NCBI RefSeq assembly: GCF_004010195.1 | Contig: NC_057720.1 | Span: forward strand, 19,893,269-19,957,268 | Direction: 5' to 3' | Source: Chiloscyllium plagiosum | Taxonomy: Eukaryota | DNA length: 64,000 nucleotides | Part shown: piece after piece, positions 13,201 to 28,200 of the stretch | How the letters are laid out: every line of letters begins with the position of its first letter | Numbering within the stretch: position 1 is the stretch's first letter | Notes under the pieces: generated by a model | Told to the model about the DNA's origin: nothing | Database searches by the model: none | The model's input: the letters and a program-made list of their open reading frames with translations, nothing else | Program-made: the position numbers and the translations under genes

Positions 13201-16200
13201 ACTGTGTGCAACAAACAGAAGGTATGCTGGTAATAACCAAATACATATAGTACTGAAATTGGTTAACATTTTCCACCATCATTAAAATGAGTGTTAATTT
13301 TACATAAATTACTATTTGGTGATTATACAATCAGTGGATGCTGAAATAAATGTTTTAATTAACAGCAGTTTTATGAAAACAATTGAACAAAAAAGTTTGA
13401 CTGAATTTAAAAAGACTTTTATCTAAAGTTAAATCTAAAAACGCAAGCACTTTCAATTGCAATAATTTGTGCAACCAAATGACACACAATTAAACAAAAA
13501 TAACAGCACATGTAGGACATAGTTTTAGTAAATTATAAGCTTACCTTTGTAGTTAAAGCTCTGCTTTCAATCTCAAATGTACATTTTTTAATAATAAAGG
13601 GAATTCCATCAGAACTATTTTTTACAGTTTGATTGAAATCCACCCCGAACAGGTGTAGCCGTCCTTGAAGTTTTTTGTGGCCACACTGTATGGCTAGAGT
13701 CTCTAGGCACTTTTTGTGGCATGCCAAAGTACACTGTCAAGCGAAATGAAATGTAATTTTCAGCTCAGAATGTTAACATCAGTTCAACATTGATACAAAG
13801 ACTTGAACACATAGTAAATAAGAGTCAGTACAATCTGGGAACAATTGGCCAAATCAGCGAGTACAGGTACACAATCCTGTATCCGAAAAGCTTGGGACCA
13901 GCTGGTTTTCAGAATTCGGAATTTTTTCAATTTCGGAATAAGTGACAGTTCAATGGTAAAATTTAAAAAATATCTTACTGGACAGCAGACTCACTGTGAG
14001 TAACGGGCCCTGAAAAAGAATTGAGGCCTGCTGGGCCAATCACCCCCCCTGCGTCGCATCTTAGCGACATGCATCAAGTTGTTGTGGGATTAGGTTAACT
14101 GTTTGCACGCCAAACCACCTTGTTAATGAGATAACAACTTCCCAAAAATCCTTTGGATTTTGAGCTTTTCGGATCGGGAAAAGGGTCATCTACCTGTAAT
14201 ATTTAAAAAGCATCTCCAAAACTACTTAAGTTAGCATTTTCTGTGATATTTCAAGTGGGTACTAAATTATCTACCCTGCCACACAAGACTGGCCATAGTC
14301 CATTTAAAATCATGAGTCCATTGGTTCAGGAATGCTTTTCCAATGTACTAATTTTCTTAGATGCACAGGCACTATTAAACAAAATATTCTTTACACAGAT
14401 ATACATATTTATATGTATATATTAGATATCAATGGAAATAATAAACAGATAATCTTTCCCCAGTCCTGTTCAGCGACTTTAAAATCAAGTTACTCAAAGT
14501 TGGAGGAATGGGAATGAATTAAAACTGTTTTTTTCTTGGTGAGATCCCCATCTTTCTATGTATGGTCCAATTTACACTGTTAACGGATTTACCACGATTG
14601 CAGTTGCAAGGGTGGCTCACCCTGCAACAAGTTTTGTGTTTCTAGCCAGACTCGTATTAAGTAAACTTTAATTTATTATGATTAGTACACATTTTGTTTT
14701 TCCACAACTGTCTGTCCTACAGTATTCCACTACATGAAAAATGCATCTTTTCTCCATAAATTTCATAACTAGACTTGAAATTTGTGAATTATCATTAAGG
14801 CAAATAAACTTTCAACTATCCTGTAGACTCCGAGTACTGACCACGAGACCTATAATTATAGCCAATAAGCTAGGGTCTAATTATATTCACACTTGTCTCA
14901 TCCCTAACTGCATTGTGTTATCATTATTTGGTATCTGGAAACATCTGAATGGTATTTCTTAATTTGCAAGTTCAACTCATATGACAAAATCATTTTAACT
15001 TACTGTACACTAACAAGATTCAAAGGGAAAATTGTTAACCAGTAATGGACAAGGTGCTAGATCATAGAACATAGAACAAAGCAGCGCAGAATAGGCCCTT
15101 CGGCCCTTGATGTTGCGCCGACCTGTGAACTAATCTAAACCCATCCCCCTACACTATCCCATCATCATGTGAAGGAAATTTAGTGGAAACCTGAATAATT
15201 TTCCCCTCTACGATAAAAGACCTAGAAAACGCTCAAACATAATTGCAAATCAAAAGACAATGAGGAGGGATGGACTCAAAACAAACATCAACTTAAGGCT
15301 GATAAATCCCCAGGATTGGCTGAACTCCATCCAAGGGCCTTTTAAACAAAAAAGGGTAGTGTTGTTAATGAATACATTAGAATATTCCAATAATTCTTTT
15401 TGTTCTGCTAGGGCCCCAGTGTATTTGAAAATAGCAAATGGAAGACAATTATTCAATAATAGAGGGAGGCAGAAAGTAGGAAATTAGGCCAGTTAGCCCA
15501 ACACCAAGGGAAGGTGCAAGAATCCGTTATTGAGGAGGGTATAACAGATACCTGGAAAACCACAATGTGATCAGGCAGACCCAATATGGCTTTGCAAAAG
15601 GGATATTGTATTTAGTAATCTATTTCAATTTTTGACAAAGTAATATTCATGATGGATGAAGTAAACCGGTAAGTGAGCTGCACTTGAACTTCTAAAAGAT
15701 ATATAAGGTGACATATCAAAGCTTGCTTTACAAGATAGAGCATGTGGTGTGGGGGTAACATATTAGTATGTAAAAAAGGGTTAGTTAGCAAACAGGAAAC
15801 AGAGAATATTGATAAAGGATATGTCTGGTTGGCATGCTGCAGTTACTAGGTGGTCACAAATTCTCAGCTAATTACAATCTATATCAATTATCTGGAGAAG
15901 GGGACCAAATGCATGGCAGCTAAACTTGCCGATAACACCTGACAGTTAAGAAAATAATATGTCAAGAAGAGGAAGAGAGTCAACAAAAAGACATAGACAG
16001 GTTAGTAAATCTGGAATTGAAAGCTGTTCGAAATGATGTCTATGAAATAAAATTGTTGAATGTTGTTAAAAAACATTCTGGCCCATTAATGTTATTTTGG
16101 AAAGTCTGGCATCTTCATTTGGTCTGGCCTACAGCCGATGCCAGATCACCAGCAATGTGGGCGACTCTTAACTGCCCTCCGAAATGGCCTAGCATCCTCT

Positions 16201-19200
16201 CAGTTTTTTCGAAGCACTACAAAGTTTGATAAAAAGAAAGAAACCAGATGGATGACCTGACAACAACGTGACATCACAATTCTCAAAGAATCACACATTA
16301 CAGACAATGTCCTAGGAATCACCATAAACATTCTTGTCCCATATCCTGAGGATCAACCCTGGCTCAATGAAGAGCGTAGGAAGGCATGCCATGCCTTGTC
16401 CCATTGACTGATTAGACCCAGAAGACCTGGTGACACAGTGCTATCCAGTAAGGAGGGAGTTGCCTTGAGAGGACTCAGCATCGGCTCTGGACCTTATGAA
16501 TTCTCATCACATCAAACATGGGTGAGAAATTTCCTGCTGATTACCATTTATTGTCTTTCCTTCAGTCAATGAATCTGCTGCAGGACAAACACCATCTGTA
16601 GCTTGCACTGAGGGTGGCAGGTGCTCAAAATGCACTCTGGGTGGGGGTCCTTAATGTCTATCATGAAGAGTAGCTCAGTAACACCACTATTGACTGACCT
16701 GACCTATAAAACGCAACTGCTAGAGTGGGCTTGTGGGGTCGATTTTGGAACCAACAAGAGTGGAAAAACCACACTTTAGCTCATCCTCTCGAATCTGTCT
16801 TTTTTTCCCCAATTCATGTGGACTTTGCAGGCTATCTAGCATTTATTGCCTGTCCCTAGTTGCTTTTGAGAAGGTATTGGAGAGCTGCCTTCTTGAACTG
16901 CAATCTACCTACTGTAGATTGACCCGCAATGCCATTGGGAAGAGAATTCCAGGATTTTGGCCCAGCAACAGTGAAGGAATGGCAATATACTTCCAAGTCA
17001 GGTTGGTGACTGGCTTGGAGGGGAACATGCAGGTGGTGGTGTTCCTATGTATCTGTTGCCCTTGTTCTGGAAGGTGCTATCTGAGGAACTTTGGTGAATT
17101 TCTGCAGATAGTACTTATTACAACTATTAAGCATCAGTGTTGGAGAGAGTGGATGTTTGTGGGTGTGATGCCAATCAAGCGGGCTGCTTTGTCCTGAACA
17201 GTGTCAAGCTTCTTGACTGTTGGAGCTGCACTCATCCAGGCAAGGGGGAAGTATTCCATCACACTCCTGATTGTACCTTGTAGAGGGGCTGGCTTGGGGA
17301 GTCAAGAGGTGAGTTACTCACCAGAGTATTCCTAGCCTCCTGAAGAAGGGCTTATGCCCGAAACGTCGATTCCCCTGTTCCTTGGATGTTGCCTGACCTG
17401 CTGTGCTTTTCCAGCAACACATTTTTCAGCTCTATTCCTATCCTCCGACCTGTTCTTGTAGCTATTATGTTTATGTGGTGAGTCCAGTTGTTCCTGGTCA
17501 ATGGTAAACCCCTAGGATGCTGTCAGTGGGGGGTACAGTAATGATAATACCATTGACTGTCAAGATATAGTGGTTAGATTGTCTCTTATTGGTGATGGTC
17601 AAAGCTTGGCATTTGTTTGGCACAAATGTTACTTGCCACTTGTTAGCCCAAGCCTGGACATTGTCCAGATCTTGTTGCATTTAAACATGGACTGCATCAA
17701 TATCTGAGGAATCGTGAATTGTGCTGAATTTTGTGCAATCATCAGTGAAAATCTCCATTTCTGACCTTTCAATGGAAGGAAGGCCATTGATAAAGCAGCT
17801 AAAGATGGTTAGACCTAGGACACTACTCTGAGGAACTCCTGCAGAGATGTCCTGCAGCTGACATGACTGACCTCCAACAACCACAACCATTTTCTTATGT
17901 GACAACTCTGCCACCTGATACTCATTGGTTCCAGTTTTGCTACAGTTCCTTGATGCAACACACAGTTGATCGCAGCCTTGATGCCAGGGGCTGTCACTCT
18001 TGCATCACCTCTGGAATTCAGCTCCTTTGTCCAAGCTTGAACAAAGATGGTAATGAAGTCAGGAGCTGAATGGCCCTTGTGGAACCTAAACTGGGCATCA
18101 CGAAGCTGGTGCTGCGTGATTATATTACTGATACCTTCCATCAGTTTACTGATTAGCAACAGTAGACTAATGGGGCGGTAATTAGTCAGGTTGGATTTCT
18201 CCTGCTTTTTATGTACGGGACTTATCTGAGCAATTTCCCACACTTCCATGACAGTATTAGCATGAGTGACCACCGCCACACAGTTCTTGAAAATCTGAAG
18301 TCTCAGTATCACAATTAGGATACCCTTCATTGTATATTTTGGCACCATCATGTTAAGATAAACAGATCTAGCAACTAAAGATGGGGCCCAAACGTTTTCA
18401 ATCATGCCCAACAGCTTTTTGTAGTTCCATTGGAAGTATCTTGGTTTACATGAGTACACCACAGAATATAAAGACGATGGTCTGACAATACATTAGTGAC
18501 TCCCATCCCTCCTCATGACAAAAGGTAAAAGGTTGGATGTTTGCTGATGACTGTATAACAGTGAGCATTATTTGCAACAACTCCGATACTACAGCTGGAA
18601 CAGTCTGTCTAAATGCAGCAAGACCTGGGTTGGGCTGAAAAATGGTAAGCAACATTTACATCTGCAGTACCAGATAATGGCAATCTCCAAGAAGAGAGTA
18701 TTGAACCGTCTCCCTTTTGTAACTCACAATAAGTGCCAGATTACATGCTTCTAAAAATTGCAGTAATCCTTCAACAATCCTTGCTTTTTAAACAAGTTAT
18801 TTTCCTATTTCAGTCCAAAATTTAAATAGAAAAATAAAAAGACAGTATATCTATGATGTCAATATGACAATTGAAAATAAATTATTCAAGGGATGAAAGT
18901 GTCACTGGCAAAGCTAGCATTATTTTTGTTAATCCCAAAACACCCTTAGGAATGGTGCTGCGAGGCATGTTCTTAACTGCTGTAGTTCATGTGGCGTTCC
19001 AGGATATTGAGCCTGCGACAGTGAAAGGACAGTGATATAACTTCAAGTCAGAATGGCATGTGGCTTGCAGGGAAACTTTGATAATTCTCTTCACAAATGT
19101 CTAACTGACCCTCTTGTAGTGCTGGAAGTCAGAGCTACGAATGGTACTGTTTAAGAGGTTTGGTGAATTACTGCAGTGCATGTTGCATATTGTACAACCT

Positions 19201-22200
19201 ACTGCCATTGTATGTGAGATACAGAAGGAGTGAATGTTGAAGATAGTAGAGAGGATGCTGATAATGGAGACTGCTTTGCCTTGATGGTGCTGGATGTCTT
19301 CAATATCTCTGCATCCACACTAATCCAGGCAAATGCCAAATCACACATGTAACTGGTGCCTGGTAGACAGATGAGATTTGTGGAGCCAGAGATCAAGTAA
19401 TTCACTGCAGCATTCCCAGCCTCAAGTGATGGAAATGCCATTGGATATTAAAACGAGGTAGTCAAATGCTTTTTTGATGGGGATGGTCATTTCCTGGCAC
19501 TTGTGTGGCCTAAATATAACTTTCCACTTATGAACCTAAGTCTGAATGTTGTCAAGTCATGTTGAATGTGAGCTCAGACTGCTTCTGTTATGAGGAGTTG
19601 CAAATGGTACTAAATTCAGGAGTGAGCATATTCATTTCTGAGCTAATGACAGATGGATAAAACAGCTGAAAACGGCCAAGCCTAGGGCACTGTTCTAAGA
19701 AAACCAGTTAGCTATGTCTTAGGACTCACTTAGGCTTCCAATAATAGACACTTTTCTTTGGTGCTAAGTATGACTCGAACTGTTGAAGATTTCCTGGAAT
19801 CCCATTGACTTTAAATGTTTGAAGATATCTTGACGATGCTGTACTCTGTCTCAGCTCTTTTGTCCATGTTTTGATCACAACTGTGATGTGGAGTTCAGTT
19901 GCCTTGCACAATGAGCATTGGTGGGTAGGATATTACATGGTACATTATCAAGAGCACCTTCCATTATTTTATTGATGATTGAAGGCATACTGATGGGGTA
20001 GTAATTAGCCCAACTGCACACAGACTCAGAGGTATACAGCAAAAAAAAAAAGCCCTTTGGCCTACCTTATCCAGATTTCCTGAACTGAACTAGTCCCATT
20101 TATCAGCATTTAACCCATATCCCTCTTAACCTGTCCCATCCATTAACCTGTATAAAGTCATAGAATTTACACTGTGAACAGAAATTCATTTTCCCATTTT
20201 GTGTGGAATTTGTGTATTTTTTAGCTCCATTTTAGGTGGTACAGCATTATTGCTTCAACTTGTAGTTCTGTGATGTCATTTTGCTACTAGTCATGTTGCA
20301 GAAAAGCATCTAGATCTGAACCTCACAAACATCCACAAATGAATGCTTTCAAGTGTACACAGGAGATCACTTCCATGGTCACAATTTGTTGTCGGGGTCC
20401 CTGGTTGTCTTGTCTTGCTTGGGTCGACTGAGTCATTTTCTGCATTGCTGGGTAGATTCCAGTCCTGTTGCTGCAATTGAAAAATTGGAATGGAGCTTCT
20501 TTATCAGCATTACAGCTGAGAATGTGTTCAGGGCCCATTTCCACTGATGTAGCCAGCTCCTTCAACTATTGTTCATGATGAAGTAAAATGAATTGAACTG
20601 GATGGACAGAGGCATCAATGATGCTCGGGGCCTCAGGAGGAATAAAAAAAAATTCTGTCTGAGTGTAGTTTATGTCAGTGGAGCTTTATTTTTCTGTTAG
20701 TTGTTTTATTATATATTACTATTCACAACTAGCTGCAAAAGGGCCCAGTGGTTGTACAATCACATTAGTCTATTACATGGTGTTTTTGCATTCATGTAGT
20801 GTTGGGTGGCTTCACTAGGTTGCTGCATACTGTACATTAACATTTCCATTATTTTATCCACTTTCTCAAAACAAAAGAACCCTCAGAGACTCAGGCTCTC
20901 CATTTAACAAGTAGTAAGTCAAAAACCTATATTTTAAACAGCTTATATTCTAAAATGCAAAACCAAGAATGAGAACTCTACTTTGTGTAACTTTTTTTGA
21001 GTTTGACACATGAATTACTATTGATAGACTAAAACATCTAAGCCAAATTTCATAAAAACTATTCTTTCCTTCATCCACCATAAATATAAGCCTCCTTTTG
21101 TCAATATAGAATGTCAAAGTGGAAAAAAGCTACCACTTTAGTCAAAGATCATGTACCTCTTCACATTCAGCTCCATGAAAAACAACAAGGCTGTCACATT
21201 CTCTACACTTTGATGGGGCTCGCAACTTTCGTAACTTGTGTGTTTGTGCTGCCTTTGACATAAGAGTATTGCGGAAAGGCCCTGGAGAACTTGTCATCTC
21301 TGCCACAATCTCATTTAAACCTACATCACAAGGAAAGGAGCAGAGCACAGATTAGCTTATAGCAGTCTTTCAATATTCTTAATTTGTGACATACAGTACA
21401 AGTTTCTTAGGTTGTACATAGTTTATACCATCTTTGCACTTGAATGATGAGAATATCTCAGCATTGAGCTTTGAACCTCATTAACATTAAGGCAGTGTGA
21501 TAAGAAAACTAAGCCAGATTAGTTGTGGCTAGCACAGCAGCTACCTGAGATTCAGGATGCAGGATGGGAAACAGGACATCAAAGTCTCAAGGAAGGAAGG
21601 AAGGGATGAGGCTTCAGACAGGTGGATTATAGCAGTTCTTGGATGGGATAACAGGAGTTCAATTTTCTTTTGATATGAGGCAAGAAAAGCTAAAATTCAA
21701 GCCTAACATTCACATATTCCTGTCAGACTTGACCGTACCATGTTGTTTGAGGTTAGCAAATGGTGAGCGAGTGTTGGGGAATTTGAAAATCAGAAACGCA
21801 TTCCACATGATCTATGATGGATCTAATGTTCATTCTTCTTGGCAGGAGTGTGTGAAGCTTATGCAAATATCTGGTCAGAGCAGGTTTTAAAAGAAAAAAC
21901 GTGTTGAAGCTGAACATTGCCAGAGGTGGTGAGCTGCTTTCTTGAACCATTGCATTGCTTAGGGTGCAAGAACACCCCAAAGGTTGAAAGAGAGAAAGGC
22001 TAGAACTAAATGAAAAAGTAAGAAAAGATGAGGAAACAAAATCAGGGCTGTCAGGAAATGAGTTCCAGAATTTTGAATGAGGGACAGTGAAGGAACAGTG
22101 ACATACTTCCAAGCCAGGATAGCATGAGGCTTGAAAGGAAACTTAGAGGTGGTGGGCACATGGCTTTGGAAGCTACTGTCAGACAAACCTTGGTGAGTTA

Positions 22201-25200
22201 CTACAGTGCATTTTGGAGATGGCACACACTATTGCTATATGGGGCAGCATGGTGGTTCAGTGGTTAGCACTGGTGCCTCACAGCGCCAGGGACCCAGGTT
22301 CGATTCCAGCCTCGGACAATTGTGTGGAGTTTGCACATTTTCCGCGTCTGTATAGGATTCCTCCGGGTGCTCCTGTTTTCTCCCACAGTCCAAAGATGTG
22401 CAGGTCAGGTGAATTGGCCATGCTAAATTGCCCATATAGTGTTAGGTGCATTAGTCAGAAGGAAATGTGTCTGGGTAGGTTACTCTTCAGAGGGTCAGTG
22501 TGGACTTGTTGGGCCGAAGGGCCTGTTTCCACACTGTAGGGAATCTAATCTAATCATTCTACATTACTGGTGAAGAGAGTGAATGTCATTGAAGGCAGTG
22601 AATTCCAGAAGTGAGTGGAGCATGAGTCCTTGATACCAAGGCAGCTTTTGATCGATTATGGTATCAATAAGTCATAGCAATCATAGGAATGAGGGAAAAA
22701 AACTCCCCACTGATTGGAGTCAAACTTAGCATAAAGGAAGATGGTTGAGGCTGTTGGCAATCAGTCAACTCAGATTCCGGACATCCCTGCAGGAGTTCAT
22801 CAGGGTAATATGTTGGACACTCGGTGCACCTGGCTGAAGATGGATGACAATGCATCAGCTTAATTTTTTGCACTGATGAACTGGGCTTCAATCATTGAGG
22901 ATGGGGATATTTGTGAAGTCCATCCCTCCTATTAATTGTTCAATTAGTTGTTTTACCACCATACCTGACTAGCTGTGTCAGGGCTGCAGAGCTTAGATTT
23001 GATCCATTGTTATGCCATCTATTCAATTATGCTTTTGCTATTTTGCAAGCATAAGCATTTCCTGTCCACTATATTGTGCTTGGGAAGCTGAGAAATAGGA
23101 ATTAGACAGCGGAATTTCTGGACCAACCAATCAAGCAAATTACCTATTACGTTTTTGCGCTAACAGTTCTAGAGATGGGACTTGGCAGGAACATAATAGC
23201 GAACAGAGAGCCAGCTAATAATTTTATACAATTAGCTGAGACAAATGTAAATAGTCTATTGTGCTAACCTGAATGACATGATAGAATATATTTTGAACTC
23301 AATTTGCAATATATGCTTCCAACACATTTTAAACAGAGAGGAGTAAATGAAAAAATGCACAATTTAGAAAATAAACACTGGTATAAAGCAGAATCTCATT
23401 GCATCTACGTTTTCATTAAAATGCAGGAAACAAGCATGTAAACATGGTAACTTGAAAATGAAATTCAAAATGTAATTACATTATTGCTGATCACATTCTT
23501 CAATCCATCTAAAAACAAAATTACAATAAGTTTGTAAATGAAAGATTGCTGCTAATCTAGTGACATAGAAATTGGCTGGAAAATTTAAGAAAATTTGAAA
23601 ACACAAAATCAGACCAATGTATATTGATCTCTCCAAAAGGATTACTTTGAAAACAGTTTGTGTTTTTTTAAAAAAACTGCAGTGGTACTATATGCATTAG
23701 AAACATGGAATATTTTGGAACACAAGACCACTTTACCCACTGCACCTCTGTTTAGTCTTTGTACTGTCCAATGTAATTCCATGCCCAGCTTTTTATTCAT
23801 AATTCTATAAATTAATCCCTTTCAAGTGAATTTCTAATTGCCTTTTGAAAATTACTACAAAATCTGATTTCACAATAATTTCAGACAGTGGTTTCCAGAT
23901 CATAGCAGTGCTGCGTGAAGAAATCTAATTTCCAATGTAGTTCCTTTTGCAAATGATTTTAAATCTATAACCTCTCATTGTCAGAAGAACATTATCTTAG
24001 TTACTCAAACAAAACCTCCAATTTGGGCAGCTCTACGAGACCTCCTTTTAAGCATTGATGCTTGAAGAAAAATAACTCAGCTTCTCCAAAAGCAAAATAC
24101 TAGGGTTCCAAAGAAAAGGCACACTGGACTCAAAAAGGTTAGTGCTTATTCTCTCTCCACAGATACTGTCAGACCTGCTGAGTTTCTCCAGTACTTTGTT
24201 TGAAATCCCAGCTTCTTAAATCACTCCAAGTAAAATCAACTCCTTCATCCCTGGTAACGTTCTGGTAAACCTCTTTTATAGACAATACAATAGATAATAG
24301 GTGCAGGAGTAGGCCATTCTGCCCTTCGAGCCTGCACCATCATTCATTATGATCATGGCTGATCATCCTCAATCAGTGTCCTGTTCCTGCCTTATCTCCA
24401 TAACCCTTGATTCCACTATCCTTGAGAGCTCTATCCAACTCTTTCTTTAACGAATCCAGAGACTGGGCCTCCACTGCCTTCTGGGGCAGAGCATTCCACA
24501 CAGCACCACTCTCTGCATGAGGAGGTTTCTCCTCATCTCTGTCCTAAATGGCCTACCCATTTTTAAGCTGTGTCCTCTGGTTCGGGACTCACCCATCAGC
24601 AGAAACATGTTTCCTGCCTCCAGAGTGTCCAATCCTTTTGTATGTTCTCCAGGTCACTGAAGTCTTTCTTACAAAATGTGGCCCACATAGTTCTACACAA
24701 TATTCCAGGTGGTAGGAGCATGCAAAATGGTACATGACTTTAGAATAGTGGAACTAAGTTATTGAGAGGGTTCAGGATGTAGGAAAAGAGGTGCTCCTTT
24801 GCTTTTTCTTTTCATAACTTTCAGCCCCCAGAAATCGATTCTTACTCTGCTAGAAGAAGCTATTTGGTGAGTGTTTGGTATGTCACTAATGATTATTCTA
24901 TTTCTAAGGTTCACATGCAGTTGGACAATAGCACCTGATGGTAAGGTTAAAAAATATCAAAACATAAGTAAACATAATTGAATAGTTGATCAGTTAAATT
25001 AGAACACTTTAAGGATAGCAGGACAGTTGATGTGCCACAGTTACAGCATGAGAGCGCTCCTGGATACTAGTGTGGAGACAAGGGGCTCTTGTGCTCTTGT
25101 CCCCGTCTCAGAGCTAAGAGACCTAGTTTCAAGTTCCACCTGCTTGAGAGGTGTGTAATAATATTTCTAAACAGGTTGATTAAAAGAAAGTCTGCACTAA

Positions 25201-28200
25201 TATGATCCAGACCAAACATTTTCACATTAAATATTTGAAATTTGTGCAGCTTTAGCTCAAAGCTATGAATTGTAAATTGAACAGCAGACAATGTGATGCA
25301 CTAGGAAAGAGGTGTGTTTCTTGCATTCTTTGTATCAGGTCACAATCACATCTCTTAGGGATTAGTCAATGTTCAGGGACATAAAAACATGACTCCAAAA
25401 AAGGCAGGTAAAGGAACACAGGAGCACCAATTGTCCAAGAAATAAGGGGCTTTCAACTTTAGAAACAAAATAAACATTAGATGCAAGAGTGGAGGCTGAA
25501 GGTCAGATCAACTAACTGAATACATCCCAAGGAGACATTAAAGTGGGGATGGTAAGAAGAGAGATAACATAGTTAGAAGGTTCAATAGTGTTTCTACAGA
25601 AAAGAATGCAGGTTCAGTCAGTTGTGTTGCCTGCCAGATGTTAGAAGTCAGGACAGGACAGTTCAGGTTGAGAAAGGAACTCGCAGTAGAAGGGGTAAGG
25701 ATCCAACTACTATGGTCCATGTATGTACCAGCAACATAGGCATGAAAAAAGGAGGTGGTTTTGCAACATCAGAACGAGGAGTTAAGTTAAGAATTAAGAA
25801 GCTAAACCTCAAAAAAGATAATAGTTTCTGTATTGCCACATGAACAATTCAGGTTAAAAATGACAGTGCAAATCAGAATACAGAGATAAAGGCATGTATT
25901 GGGAAGCTTCTGAACATCAGATGATAGGACAAAAGATCAGACATTGCTCACTTTAGCTAATATACCAAGCATCCCCAGCACATTGAGTTAATTACATCAG
26001 AGTTGGACTGGTCATTTAGCCAGAATGGATGACACTCTCTTAGCAAAGCATATCTTCTCCAGGCAGCCTGTGCACATATTCACACTAGTCGAACCAATCT
26101 ATAAGTTCATTCTGAAGATTTCAATTAGAAGTTTTAATATCAATTTCTTTTGTGGAAGGAGCTTGTCTGGGGCCGCTGCATCTTGCGCAACCAGATGGAA
26201 AGAAAAAGTGCAGTATCCCTTGAAAGCAAGCACAGCAAAAGTGAAGAGAAAATGCAAAGACAGGAAATTCTGATCTAGTATATTCAACTCAGTATTCTGT
26301 TTGATTTGCAGCAGAGGTTTCTGAATGCAGATCAATCCTGGCAATCACGTTTGCTCCCTCCAAAACACTATGAAACACACCAGAAGAAGAACACTGTCAA
26401 CTTCACTTTGAAGGACGAAGAAGAATATCACAACACCTGGGAAATGTAATACTATGCTTAATAAATACAGCCACTGCTCTTCTCGTCACTCTTGGTCACT
26501 GAAGTGGCTCAGGTGAACCAGCTGTGTGGATGGTGTTCAGCCCACCCATTTTCAAAACGTCGGGCACTTAGTAATGACAAAAAAAGACAGAATTTTATGA
26601 ACTAGAAAAACTTGAGCAAATTTTGAATGTTGCCTGTGGGCCTTTTTAGCATTCTTTATACAAAGACAAACATTTAAATTTACCTATGTCAGGATGACTG
26701 TATCTTTATGTAAATTTGTAAAATATTATCCTTTATAAGTAGATTTCAAAACACTAGAACAATAATAATGCAAATACAGAGCAACCTGATACATACCATT
26801 GTCCAAAGGTGATGTTGGTTCTCGTTCATCTAAGTCATCTGCTGAAGACATAGTGCCTGTTGAGGGTGTTCGGGGCAGCCTTCGCTTGAAATCACCTGGA
26901 TTAGTTAAAAACAACCATATTTATTATTATCAGTTATTGCAAAAATAGGTCAAAATCAAAATTAATTGGTTTAAGATGAAAGTTATTTGAGCTTGAACAG
27001 ATGTATCAAAACAAGGTTGTTGCCAACTTCATACAGAATAGGCTAATCTAACTGCAATCTAAGAATGGTGGTACAACAATCAATAGGTGCATCTAGGAAG
27101 GATAATAAGAACTCTTTTTCCTTAGTTTTTTTAAATACAATCTAGATATTACTGTTGTGTTACCATATCACTTCGAAGAACAACACTGCACAAGGATCGA
27201 ATCCTGCACACATTCAGTGGAAGACCCTGTTGGTTGGAACTGTGGCTAAATTCCAACATTAAATCATAAGAGTTTTGAGGCTTAACTTGCTTACTTGAGG
27301 CTTATTTTGGTTGCCATGTGCAATAGAAGTTTAAATAATTGTTTCAGTACTTGATAGTGAGCAATTTCTTAACAAGTAGCTGAATTAAAGGTGACTTGTG
27401 GTGATTTAGCCACAATATCCTGCAGCCCATCATATCTGAATTGCCAAAGCTACACTAAATTTACACTAGTCCCACTTTCCAATAATGCATTCATAGCCTT
27501 CATTGTTCATCCATGTATGTTTTAAAGATTGTGAAGTTATCCACCTCCCAGACAGTGTATTCTCCACCCACTACTCTGAGGGTGAAAAAGTTTTCCTCAA
27601 ATTTCCATAAAGCCTCCTGCCTTTCACCTTAACATTATGATCCTATGTCACTGACATTTTGACTAAGGAGAACAGCTGCTTTCTGTTCATCCTGTTCATC
27701 CCCTCAATCTTGTACATTTCTATCAAGTTAATCACGATTGAGAGAAACCCACCCTCCACTCCCGGCACCATCCCCTGCTGCCACAAGAGGTGTAAAACCT
27801 GCGCCCGCACCTCTCCTCACCCAAAGGATCCTTCCACATCCGGCAGAGATTTTCCTGTACATCCAAACACCTCATCTACTGTGTGCATTGCTCTCGATGT
27901 GGTGTCTTGTATATTGGGGAGACTGGATGCCAACACGTGGAATGTTTCAGGGAACATCTCTGGGACACGCACCAAAGAACCCCACTGCTCTGTGACCAAC
28001 CACTTCAACTCCCCCTCCCACTCCGCCAAGGACATGCAAGTCCTAGGCCTCCTCCACTGTCAAATCCAAGCCACCTGATGACTGGAGGCAGAACGCCTCA
28101 TCTTCCACCTTGGAAACTTCCAACCACACGGCATCAAAGTCGACTTCACCAGTTTCCTTATTTCCCCTCCCCCCAACCTCATTCCAGATCCAACCCACTG

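Larger units (their letters stand above)
16800..18400 (-). mobile_element. LINE RT and 3' end, decayed
   Basis: ORFs with [42 protein letters not shown]. Confidence 0.85.

Noticed and set aside
22241..22315. tRNA gene
   Set aside because: It is the tRNA-derived head of an HE1 SINE (also near 12040-12107 and 55630-55700) and continues into the SINE body
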